A DNA stretch of 64,000 bases, taken from the IMG/VR virus record IMGVR_UViG_3300020183_005033, positions 1-64,000 of that record; one strand, written 5' to 3'. Positions 39,629-48,700 of the stretch are shown piece after piece. The position numbers and the translations under genes are program-made. This DNA comes from a virus. The notes below the pieces were generated by a model. It had not been told where the DNA came from, did not search any database, and worked only from the letters and a program-made list of their open reading frames with translations. Position 1 is the stretch's first letter. The number at the start of each line of letters is the position of its first letter.

Positions 39629-40360
39629 ATGGATATCAAAAATTTGCTAGAAGAAATCAACAGCTTGACAGAGCAAGTTGAAAAGCTTGCAAAGTCAGAC
39701 ATGTACAAGGCAGAAGGCGAAGAGAAAGAAGAAGGCGCTGAGATGGAAGGCGGCGAAGCTGCTCCTGCTCCAGAAATGGAAGGCGGCGAAGCTGCTCCTG
39801 CTCCAGAAATGGAAGGCGGCCAACCTGACCAAATTGAAGACCAAGCTGACCAACTTGAAGATGCCGCTGAAGAAGGTGGAGAGTCGCTAGACGAAGTCGT
39901 TAAGGCTCTTGATGACGAAGATCTTCAGGAACTCATGGCTGCTGTTCAGGCTGAAATGGCTCAACGTCAAGGTGGTGCCGAAGGCGCAGCTCCTGCACCT
40001 GCTGCTCCCGAGATGGGCAAAGCTGTCCCTCCAATGCACAAAGCTATGGACGACATGAAAAAGACTATGGACGAAATGAAGAAGTCAATTGACGGCCTCC
40101 GCGCTGAAAATGCTTCTCTCAAGAAGTCAACTCCTGTCAGCCGTCCTGCAGCAATGAACCGCGCTGAAGTTCAGACAATGGCTAAGTCGGATTCTGTTCC
40201 AGAGATGCTCAATAAGTCCGAAGTCGTTGAGTATCTTCTCAACACCAAGGCTCCTGTAGCTCTTGTTCAGGATGCTAACTGGGCTAATAGTCCCGCCGAG
40301 CTTCGCGATGTTTATTCCAAGGCTGAACTCATGGGCGTGAAAATCCCAACTAAGAAATAA
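39629..40360 (+). CDS. putative head scaffold/inner-core protein
   Basis: Acidic, coiled-coil, with about nine [LMY]xK[SAT] motifs; strong codon bias. Confidence 0.55.
   Translation: MDIKNLLEEINSLTEQVEKLAKSDMYKAEGEEKEEGAEMEGGEAAPAPEMEGGEAAPAPEMEGGQPDQIEDQADQLEDAAEEGGESLDEVVKALDDEDLQELMAAVQAEMAQRQGGAEGAAPAPAAPEMGKAVPPMHKAMDDMKKTMDEMKKSIDGLRAENASLKKSTPVSRPAAMNRAEVQTMAKSDSVPEMLNKSEVVEYLLNTKAPVALVQDANWANSPAELRDVYSKAELMGVKIPTKK
39743..39820. repeat. 33-bp tandem repeat (MEGGEAAPAPE)
   Basis: atggaaggcggcgaagctgctcctgctccagaa x2 plus a partial copy. Confidence 0.85.
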
Positions 40361-40378
40361 TTTCTTAGTTTTTTAACT

Positions 40379-40424
40379 AAGGGCGGCTCTTTTGTATGAG
40401 AAACATGCACTTGAGCCGCTTTTT
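40379..40424 (+). terminator. possible intrinsic terminator
   Basis: GCGGCTC...GAGCCGC followed by a T-run; long loop. Confidence 0.45.
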
Positions 40425-40442
40425 GTTTGGTAAAATAAAGAT

Positions 40443-40709
40443 ATGAAATTTATCTGGACGGACAGACGACTTTTTGCAGGGCTATTTGCCATAACGCTAT
40501 TGGCGTTGCTGGCATGGAGGTCTTCGTCATCTGTAACAGGTGATTTTATTTGGGCAATTGTGACTATAGTCGGTATCATTGGTGGTTCTAATGCTTGGCA
40601 AGCTGCACAGATTGCTAAGCATGGTAAGGGTTCGGGAGTTATAAATGTCAGAGAAGAAGAACAACAGCAGCCGAAAACTCCAAAGCGTGAGCAGCCCAAG
40701 AACCAGTAA
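40443..40709 (+). CDS. small two-TM membrane protein (holin-like)
   Basis: Two hydrophobic helices, charged C-terminal tail. Confidence 0.55.
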   Translation: MKFIWTDRRLFAGLFAITLLALLAWRSSSSVTGDFIWAIVTIVGIIGGSNAWQAAQIAKHGKGSGVINVREEEQQQPKTPKREQPKNQ

Positions 40710-41097
40710 GATAGTAGTCCAACAAGCTTCTGTTTCAAATGAAGTGATTGTTGAAAAACTATCTGAACTGTCTGACCACGTTAAAGATATTAAAAAGAAT
40801 GTAGAAGCTGTAGAAGTTCTGTCAATTAATTCTGACAAAACCCTAGCCGTTCAGGCACAGCAACTTGCCGAGCATATGCGCCGCACCGATGCACTTGAAA
40901 ACCTTGTTAAACTCAATAAAGTAGAATTAGAACATCAAGATGCTCAAGTGTTTACAGAACAAAAAGAACTACTTACTAAAGTAAGTGAAGTGTCAACTCA
41001 AATTTCAAACATTAAAAACTTTGTTGCTTGGTCTGTTGCGGGTATTGGCTTAATTGCCAGTGTTGCGCAGGTCGTTATTAGATTGTTGGTGAAATAA
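40645..41097 (+). CDS. coiled-coil protein with C-terminal TM
   Basis: Heptad pattern, hydrophobic C-terminus. Confidence 0.6.
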   Translation: MSEKKNNSSRKLQSVSSPRTSKIVVQQASVSNEVIVEKLSELSDHVKDIKKNVEAVEVLSINSDKTLAVQAQQLAEHMRRTDALENLVKLNKVELEHQDAQVFTEQKELLTKVSEVSTQISNIKNFVAWSVAGIGLIASVAQVVIRLLVK

Positions 41098-42695
41098 TGG
41101 CTAAGAAGAGATTCAACCTCAAGGCTAAGCACAAATCCAAGAAAGGCGGCTTGACCGCTGAAGGAAGACGTGCCTATAACCAAGCCACTGGTAGCAACCT
41201 TAAACGCCCTCAGCCAGAAGGTGGCTCAAGAAAAAAGAGCTATTGCGCCAGAAGCAAAGGTCAGATGAATGACCATAATATTGACTGCTCAAAGACTCCG
41301 GACAAAAGAATTTGTTTGGCTAGAAGACGTTGGAAATGCAACAAGTCTCTTCAAAAGTCAGACATGCCTCCAAAAGCAAAACTAGCCGCATTCCTTAGAG
41401 AGCACTTAGATAATAAGCTTGCTCTCAAAGAAGCAGAACCAACCATCACAAAATCCAATGAACTTGTTGGCGGTAAGGGCGATACTAAAGACATTGCAGA
41501 TTTCGACCCTAAACAAGTCCAAATGGGCCTCAAAGTAGAGTTAGAGCATACAGACAATCTTGAAGTTGCAAAAGAAATCGTTGCTGACCATCTTTCCGAA
41601 GACCCTTTTTATTACAGCAAGCTTAAAGGTTCTGGTTTGGCAGATGAGCTTAAGAAGGCAGGCCGCTGTTGGGAGGGTTATGAGCCAACCCCCGGCAAGA
41701 AGCCATATTCAAAAGGTTCGTGTCGCAAGATTAAGAAGTCTTTAAAACAAAAACTTATAAAGGCTCTTGCCTGTAAAGGCGAAAAGCTAAATAAATCTAT
41801 TTCTGCTATGGCTATTGAGTCCGGCGAATATCAAGGCGAACCTTTAGACAGCCACCACCATAACCGTATTGGTCAAGAGTACCGAGGTATGGCTAAACAA
41901 GCCTTCACCGAAGGAAAGAAGGCAAAAGCCAGAGAGTATCACGAGAAGGCTCTCAAGCACTTTCAGATGGCTGATAAGATGGGCTTCCAACAGGAAGAGC
42001 CACTCGAAAAAAAAATAAGCGATAAGTTGCGTACACTTGGAATAGGTGCTGCTATAACTGCAGGGTCAATTGCAACGCCTAATCAAACTTCTATGTTTGC
42101 AGACAAACCGCCTGCAACTGAAAAAAAGTTAGAGGCACCTCCTGTAGCTCCAGAAAAAATTACTAAACTTTCTCAACTATCTGCTGGCAACCCTCTTCAT
42201 ATGTTTTTGTGGAATATTGCCCAAAAAGAGTCAAGCGGCGGAGAAAATACAAATCATCCCACAATCACAGACCCAAAATCAATGCACTATGGCATGAGAG
42301 CTATTGGCAATTTTGCTTTAATGCCATTGACTGTGCAAGAATTTACAAACAGATATAAACGAAACGGCGGTAAAGACCCACGTATTTTAAAAATCTTAAA
42401 AATGAATGCACCGTCAGGCGAAATTAATACTTATCTTGAAAAAAACCCAGATATAGAGTTTGAGTTGGCTGGAAATGCTGCAAACCATGTGTTAAAAACT
42501 CATGGATATACCCCAGAGGCGGCATATGCTTGGAAGTATGGACATAACAAAACTGCTCAAAGTGTAAAATCTCCTGAGAGTCAGGCAAAAATGAAATCAG
42601 ATAGTTATGTAAGTGATTTTAAACAATTATTAGAAGGTGGTTCTCCAAAAGGATTGACGCCAGCAACTAAAATGCCAAAACCAAATATCAAGTAA
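41097..42695 (+). CDS. Modular polyprotein: DUF6321-like, DUF5661-like, CWxGY module, lysozyme/transglycosylase-like domain
   Basis: KGGLT.EGR..YN...GSNLK..SYCAR..RWKC; MG.KVELEHT....A.EI..DHL.EDP.YYSKL; CWEGY; IAQKESSGG..G.FALMP; LxK[SA] linkers. Confidence 0.7.
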   Translation: MAKKRFNLKAKHKSKKGGLTAEGRRAYNQATGSNLKRPQPEGGSRKKSYCARSKGQMNDHNIDCSKTPDKRICLARRRWKCNKSLQKSDMPPKAKLAAFLREHLDNKLALKEAEPTITKSNELVGGKGDTKDIADFDPKQVQMGLKVELEHTDNLEVAKEIVADHLSEDPFYYSKLKGSGLADELKKAGRCWEGYEPTPGKKPYSKGSCRKIKKSLKQKLIKALACKGEKLNKSISAMAIESGEYQGEPLDSHHHNRIGQEYRGMAKQAFTEGKKAKAREYHEKALKHFQMADKMGFQQEEPLEKKISDKLRTLGIGAAITAGSIATPNQTSMFADKPPATEKKLEAPPVAPEKITKLSQLSAGNPLHMFLWNIAQKESSGGENTNHPTITDPKSMHYGMRAIGNFALMPLTVQEFTNRYKRNGGKDPRILKILKMNAPSGEINTYLEKNPDIEFELAGNAANHVLKTHGYTPEAAYAWKYGHNKTAQSVKSPESQAKMKSDSYVSDFKQLLEGGSPKGLTPATKMPKPNIK

Positions 42696-42703
42696 GGTGT
42701 GTT

Positions 42704-45475
42704 ATGAACTTGCCAGTTTTCCCAAGAACACAAATTACTCACCCGCCTGCATATAAAGGCAAACCAAAACTATATCCTATTATTTATCCCCATGAGCCTT
42801 TAATGAAGGCAGGATTCAAACAACTTAAGCAGATGTTCCCTAACACAAATGAACACGACCATGTTTTGAAATGGGCTGCCGACAATATAAAACACAATGA
42901 TTTGCAGAGTTTATACTTAAGACATTACAAACAAAATCCTCAAATTCACACAGAAGATAATAAAAACAAATTAGGTCACATTAATGGAATGATGGACATT
43001 TCTTCTGAAATGAAGAATGTCAAACTTGATAAAAATGATACTCTTGAGTCGGCTTTCAAGAAATACGATGATGCAGAACATGCTTGGCGACAAGGAAGTG
43101 GAAGTAGATATATCGAGGCTGAAGGTAAGCCAGTCGTTGACTTTGGAGATGGATGGGGTTGGTTTGATTTAGGAAAAAATATTTGTAAAAAAGAAGGCGG
43201 TGCTATGGGGCACTGCGGAAATACAGGTGACTCCCACGACGATGACAAAATACTTTCATTAAGAAAAGTTGTAAAAGTTGGAGACAAAACTTACCATGAG
43301 CCAGCACTGACTTTTATTAATAATAAAGGTTGGTTAGGGGAAATGAAGGGAAGGGCTAACTCTAAGCCTGCAGAATCATATCACAAAAGAATTGTTGAAT
43401 TAATGAAACATCCCGATATTAAGGGGATGGTTGGGGCTGGTTATATGCCAGAAAACAACTTTCATTTTGATGATTTATCTCAAGAACACAAAAATCAAGT
43501 CAGAGTGTCAAATCCAAATTTCGTTGACTTAAGAAGTGATGATTGGGATGAAAAACAAAAAATATTTGCATCTGACTCTGTTCCAAAAATTGAAAAATAT
43601 CAACATACTGTAAAAGATATTTTTCAAGGAAAAAGATTAAAAGAAGGATTAGATTCTGGAAAGTTAAATATTGATGATTTAGGAGTAAATGACTTAAGGC
43701 TGTTAACAAAACATCGTCTTTTTCAGAAAAATCATCTTTTAGAACTTATTACAGAACAGGACAGTTTTAAAGATGGTCGGTCAAGAGCGCATGCTTTGAT
43801 GGCGGCTAAAAATTCTAAACATTTAGACGACGAAGTGATTAGTCATTGGGTTAATAGAAATGCTTCTTCAGCAGCTCAAGTTTTAGGTAATAAATTAAAT
43901 GCACAACATATTGACACTATTGTACAAAATAACCCAGACGCAGCAGCAGAATATCTCAAAAACCACAAAGACTTTAACGCACAACATATTCAAACTATTG
44001 CAGAAAACAATCCATATTCAGCAGTAAAACATCTCAAAGACCATCCTTTATTTAACGCACAACATATTGACACTATTGTACAAAATGCCCCAAGGGCAGC
44101 AGCAGAATATCTCAAAGACCACCCTTTACTTAACGCACAACATATTCAAACTATTGCAGAAAAAGACCCAGATGCAGCAGCATATTATCTCAAAGACCAC
44201 CCCATCTACAAAGCCAAATACGGCAAAGTACAAAAATCATTACAAAAAACACAACAACTTGAAAAAGTCCTAGTCTCTGAACCATCAGAAGGCGTCGCCA
44301 AGGTTGCTAAGTATGACGGCATGAGGTCGCATGAGACTCTTGTTAGTACGTCCCTAGTACCTCATCAACGCTTTGGGAACGTCTACGTCCATCACTTTGC
44401 ATCTGATGATAACACTCACGCTCGACATTTAGTGTCGATGTATCACGACCCACACAAAGACGGCGTGTCTGTCCTCCATGCTGCTAAACAAAACGAAGAC
44501 GAGCCAATGACTGTCTATACAGCAGCAACTCGTCCTGAGTTCCAAGGCAACAAACTCAACTACTTGGCACTCAGAGAAGCAGTCAAGGCTCACGGCACAC
44601 TGCATTCAGACGTTATGCAGTCTAAGCCAGCCTTCAAAAACTGGAACAGACTCAAGCAAGAATCTGGATTTAAGGTCAACCTTACAAAACCATACAGAGA
44701 AGCGTCTTCAGACGATGCCTCTCTGTTGCCCCATATTGCTCAGTACAGCAAACAGGCTGAAAGGTCGCAAGACATGGAAAAGGCTGTAACTCCTGAACAA
44801 CAAAAAGAAAATATTAAAAAACAAAGAGAACTTAAAAATAAAGAGATTATTGCAAAACTCAAGTCAAAAGTTGTAGACAAGGCTCCTGCCAAAGACCCCT
44901 CTACACAGCCCAAACTTCTTATGTCAGAAGACGATTCACCTGCAGGCATTCCAATCTATCTTAAGACACATCCAAGCCATGACTCCCTTGCAGGCGTCCA
45001 TGTCCATGTTGATAAGCTACCTAGCTTAGAAAACTATGGTTTACTAGACGAACCAAGAATCGACAGAGCATTGGACTCGGCAGACTCAAAAGGCCACAAA
45101 GCAGTTTACGTTAGTGCAGACCAAATAGAAGAGTCTGCTAAAAAACCTAAACTTCAATTAGTGAAGAGTCTCAGAAAGGCACTTTGGCCGTCTGCCCCTA
45201 AAGTCGTTAATGGTCAGTACGCAAAACCATTCTCAATGGGCGGCACCAAAAAAGACAAAAAGCCCATTCAAAGTCACTTTGGTCACCCAGACCATGCCAA
45301 GTTTAATGCTCAAGAGCATCTCGATGCTTATTGGAGACACCAAGAAAAGATTAAGCAAAATCCCAAGATGGAGTCATCTCTTGTGAACTTCCATAAGCAA
45401 CAGGCTCAGCAGCATTGGGACAAGAGCAAAGAGCTAGTAGATGCTCACGATACGAGTCGGCAAATCAAACAGTAA
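42704..45475 (+). CDS. Modular polyprotein: PcfJ-like domain, 26-aa helical repeats, GNAT-like domain, small modules
   Basis: EGGAMGHCG..ILSLR..P.LT..GEMKG..N; RPEFQGNKLNY; LMKA/VQKS/LEKV/MEKA/LVKS linkers. Confidence 0.7.
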   Translation: MNLPVFPRTQITHPPAYKGKPKLYPIIYPHEPLMKAGFKQLKQMFPNTNEHDHVLKWAADNIKHNDLQSLYLRHYKQNPQIHTEDNKNKLGHINGMMDISSEMKNVKLDKNDTLESAFKKYDDAEHAWRQGSGSRYIEAEGKPVVDFGDGWGWFDLGKNICKKEGGAMGHCGNTGDSHDDDKILSLRKVVKVGDKTYHEPALTFINNKGWLGEMKGRANSKPAESYHKRIVELMKHPDIKGMVGAGYMPENNFHFDDLSQEHKNQVRVSNPNFVDLRSDDWDEKQKIFASDSVPKIEKYQHTVKDIFQGKRLKEGLDSGKLNIDDLGVNDLRLLTKHRLFQKNHLLELITEQDSFKDGRSRAHALMAAKNSKHLDDEVISHWVNRNASSAAQVLGNKLNAQHIDTIVQNNPDAAAEYLKNHKDFNAQHIQTIAENNPYSAVKHLKDHPLFNAQHIDTIVQNAPRAAAEYLKDHPLLNAQHIQTIAEKDPDAAAYYLKDHPIYKAKYGKVQKSLQKTQQLEKVLVSEPSEGVAKVAKYDGMRSHETLVSTSLVPHQRFGNVYVHHFASDDNTHARHLVSMYHDPHKDGVSVLHAAKQNEDEPMTVYTAATRPEFQGNKLNYLALREAVKAHGTLHSDVMQSKPAFKNWNRLKQESGFKVNLTKPYREASSDDASLLPHIAQYSKQAERSQDMEKAVTPEQQKENIKKQRELKNKEIIAKLKSKVVDKAPAKDPSTQPKLLMSEDDSPAGIPIYLKTHPSHDSLAGVHVHVDKLPSLENYGLLDEPRIDRALDSADSKGHKAVYVSADQIEESAKKPKLQLVKSLRKALWPSAPKVVNGQYAKPFSMGGTKKDKKPIQSHFGHPDHAKFNAQEHLDAYWRHQEKIKQNPKMESSLVNFHKQQAQQHWDKSKELVDAHDTSRQIKQ
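43897..44205. repeat. 78-bp coding tandem repeat, about 4 copies (NAQHIxTIxxxxPxAAxxYLKDHPxF)
   Basis: Directly visible; A/C-rich. Confidence 0.85.
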
Positions 45476-45532
45476 CTATAGTTTCTATTAAGTAATTTAA
45501 AAGAAACTATAATTTCAGTTATAGAGGACTAT

Positions 45533-45787
45533 GTGTCAGACAAAGAAGAAGAATTGCCAGACAATGTCTATCCTTACAGTCACTTCAGGCTTAGGCAGTT
45601 CTCTGAAGAAGTCAAAAGGCAATTGCCCAAGGAGCTATGGGATAACCCGCCAGATGCCGACCGCAACGAAAAGATTAAAAAAGCCCTAAATAAACAATCA
45701 AACATTGTTGATAGGATAAAATGGGACAGGGCCGTTACGACTCAGAAGAGCAAGGCAAATCTTAAACTTGTGAAAGACGAAGAATGA
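45533..45787 (+). CDS. hypothetical protein
   Basis: GAGGA RBS; ends NLKLVKDEE. Confidence 0.6.
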   Translation: MSDKEEELPDNVYPYSHFRLRQFSEEVKRQLPKELWDNPPDADRNEKIKKALNKQSNIVDRIKWDRAVTTQKSKANLKLVKDEE

Positions 45788-48700
45788 AGCCATTGTTTTC
45801 ACAAAAATTTGCAATTTTAACGGCTGAAAATCCCCGTTACGGGTCAGCCGAAGGTGGAAACGCGGCTCTTGAGCAAGAAATGAAGGCTAAAAACCTTAAG
45901 TTTACCCCCATGAAGGGTAAGTACGGCACCCCTGAAAACTCTTATTTAGTAGAAAATCCAGACCATCAAGACATTTTGTCTTGGGGCAAGAAATACGGCC
46001 AAGATTCTGTAATTGTTTCTGACGGCGGTTTACACAAGATGGTCTATACAAATGGGCCGCACGAGGGGCTATGGCATGAAGGGCATTCAATTACCATTCA
46101 TAACCAAGAGCCAGAAGACTTCTATTCAACTATTAACTTGAACAACAAGCCAACCCATTTCACAATTGACTTCGATATGGATAAAAAGCATGGTAATCCT
46201 ATGAAAAAAACATTAAACAAAATGCTAAAGTCTTTGTTTCCTCAAAAATTACCTTTGTATTCTGAGTACATAGAACCACTACAAAAGGGCGAGAAGTTTC
46301 CTCATTTTTTAAAATTCATGGGCAACCACCCTAAAGCCCAAGAAACAGCTCAATGGGCTGATGAAAATATAAAACACAGAAATTTGGCTGAGTTAGCTAT
46401 GCGTCATGCAAAAACTAAGCCAGAAGGTCTTAACGACGAAGAAAAAACTCACGTTAAGCACTTTAATGATTCACTGCATATGCCAGAAGTTCAAAAGGCT
46501 GCCGGTTTGATAACAAGTCAGCATGATTTTGCTAGTGGAATTGGGCTATTGAAGGAAGCAGAATCTGCTTATCAAAAAAGACATGCAAAAGAAGCCCCTA
46601 CGTTAGTTCCGACGGAAGGAGAAAAGTTATTAGATTTTGGCGATGGAGTTGGTGTTTATAATTTAGGTAAAAGCAAAAACGCAAACGAAGCAAAAGCAAT
46701 GGGCCATTGTGCTACTCCGCATAAAGGCGGAGAATTGTGGTCTATTAGACGCGACCACGGTAATGGAATGGTTGAGCCTTTAGTAACTATATCGCACGAA
46801 GGCGGCTATCTTGGTGAGATGAAAGGAAAACATAATTGGAAGCCATCAACAAAACATCACGGACATATTGCTAAGTTGTTGGCGTCCGATAAGATTAAAG
46901 GGTTTGTTGGAGGAGGGTATGCTCCAGAGAGTAACTTTGAAATTTCTGATTTAAGTGAAGGACTTAGGAATAAATTATTAGAATATAAGCCATCTTTAAT
47001 TCAAAAAGTTTACAAAGAAAATTTGCCAAAAGGGTTTCAAGGAGACTATAGTCATACTCCTGAAATTAAAAGTATTTTTAATACAAGTGATTTAGCTGCT
47101 CAACAAAAATATTTAGCAAAATTTAGTAAAAATACGCCCAGTCATATAAATGTTCGCTACAACGTAGCAAAAAACCCAAATACACACCCAGACATTCTTC
47201 ATAAACTAGCAGTAGACTCTGACGAATATGTTCGCACAGGCATAGCAGAAAACCCAAATACACACCCAGACATTCTTCATAAACTAGCAGTAGACTCTGA
47301 CGAAGATGTTCGCAGAGGCATAGCAGAAAACCCAAATACACACCCAGACATTCTTCATAAACTAGCAGTAGACTCTGACGAATATGTTCGCAGTAACGTA
47401 GCAAAAAACCCAAATACACACCCAGACATTCTTCATAAACTAGCAGAAGACTCTGACGAAGATGTTCGCTACAATGTAGCAAAAAGCTCAAATACACGCC
47501 CAGACATTCTTCATAAACTAGCAGTAGACTCTGACAAATATGTTCGCACAGGCATAGCAAAAAACCCAAATACACACCCAGACATTCTTCATAAACTAGC
47601 AGTAGACTCTGACGAATATGTTCGCACAGGCATAGCAGAAAACCCAAATACACACCCAGACATTCTTCATAAACTAGCAGTAGACTCTGACGAAGATGTT
47701 CGCAGAGGCATAGCAAAAAACCCAAATACACACCCAGACATTCTTCATAAACTAGCAGTAGACTCTGACGAATATGTTCGCACAGGCATAGCAGAAAACC
47801 CAAATACACACCCAGACATTCTTCATAAACTAGCAGTAGACTCTGACGAAGATGTTCGCAGAGGCATAGCAAAAAACCCAAATACACACCCAGACCTTCT
47901 CCACAAACTAGCAGTAGACTCTGACAAATATGTTCGCACAGGCGTAACACTAAACCCACAATTCAAAAATTTACCGCTAGAAATACAACAAAAAGCAAGA
48001 CCACTTGTAAAGACACCTATTCAAAAAATTATTGCCATGATTAATGATGGCGAAAATAACCCAGACTCTGCTCGTCAAGCAACAGAAGAACTAAAATTAC
48101 GCCGCCAAGAAAAATACGACAAAATTCTTTCTCCAGAAGGAAACTTAAGTGATATTCAGCATTTATCTGAATCACACGATAATGATATTGCAAAACGAGC
48201 TAGAGATGAGTTGAAGCGCAGAGGATTACAAAAATCTCTTAAAAAATCAGACTCTCCTAAACACCTAATCCATTTCTCTACTACCCCTAAACTCACCACC
48301 CTAGACCCAGAGTTTCAAGGGACGGCGGGCAGGCACTCTCCTGAGACTAAGCACGGCAAACCCACCCACCCTAGAGTCTACTTCTATGAAGAAGGTACGC
48401 CGACAGAGTCAGTAGTGACAGGTGGAGCTAAGTCAAAATATATCATCAAACACCCCGGAGATGATAAAATCATTGATATTGCTAAAGACACCGAAGGCTT
48501 ACAACAACAAGCTAAGGAGCAATGGCTGCAGAAACCAATTGGTAGTATGCAGGATGCTTACTTTAAGTTGTTGAAAGATAAAGGTTATTTAGGCTTTAAG
48601 AACTCGGCAAGTGGTCTTCCTAATGTAGTGGCGATGTTTCACGCAACCCCGGTACACGCAGAAGTCCCCATGCCAAAAGATATGTCAGCAAACCCAGATT

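Noticed and set aside
47152-47958. 78-bp array as a CRISPR or DGR element
   Set aside because: In-frame coding repeats with no unique spacers, and no cas or reverse transcriptase gene in the window.
47123-47959. 278-aa minus-strand repetitive ORF
   Set aside because: Antisense shadow of the LRV repeat array.
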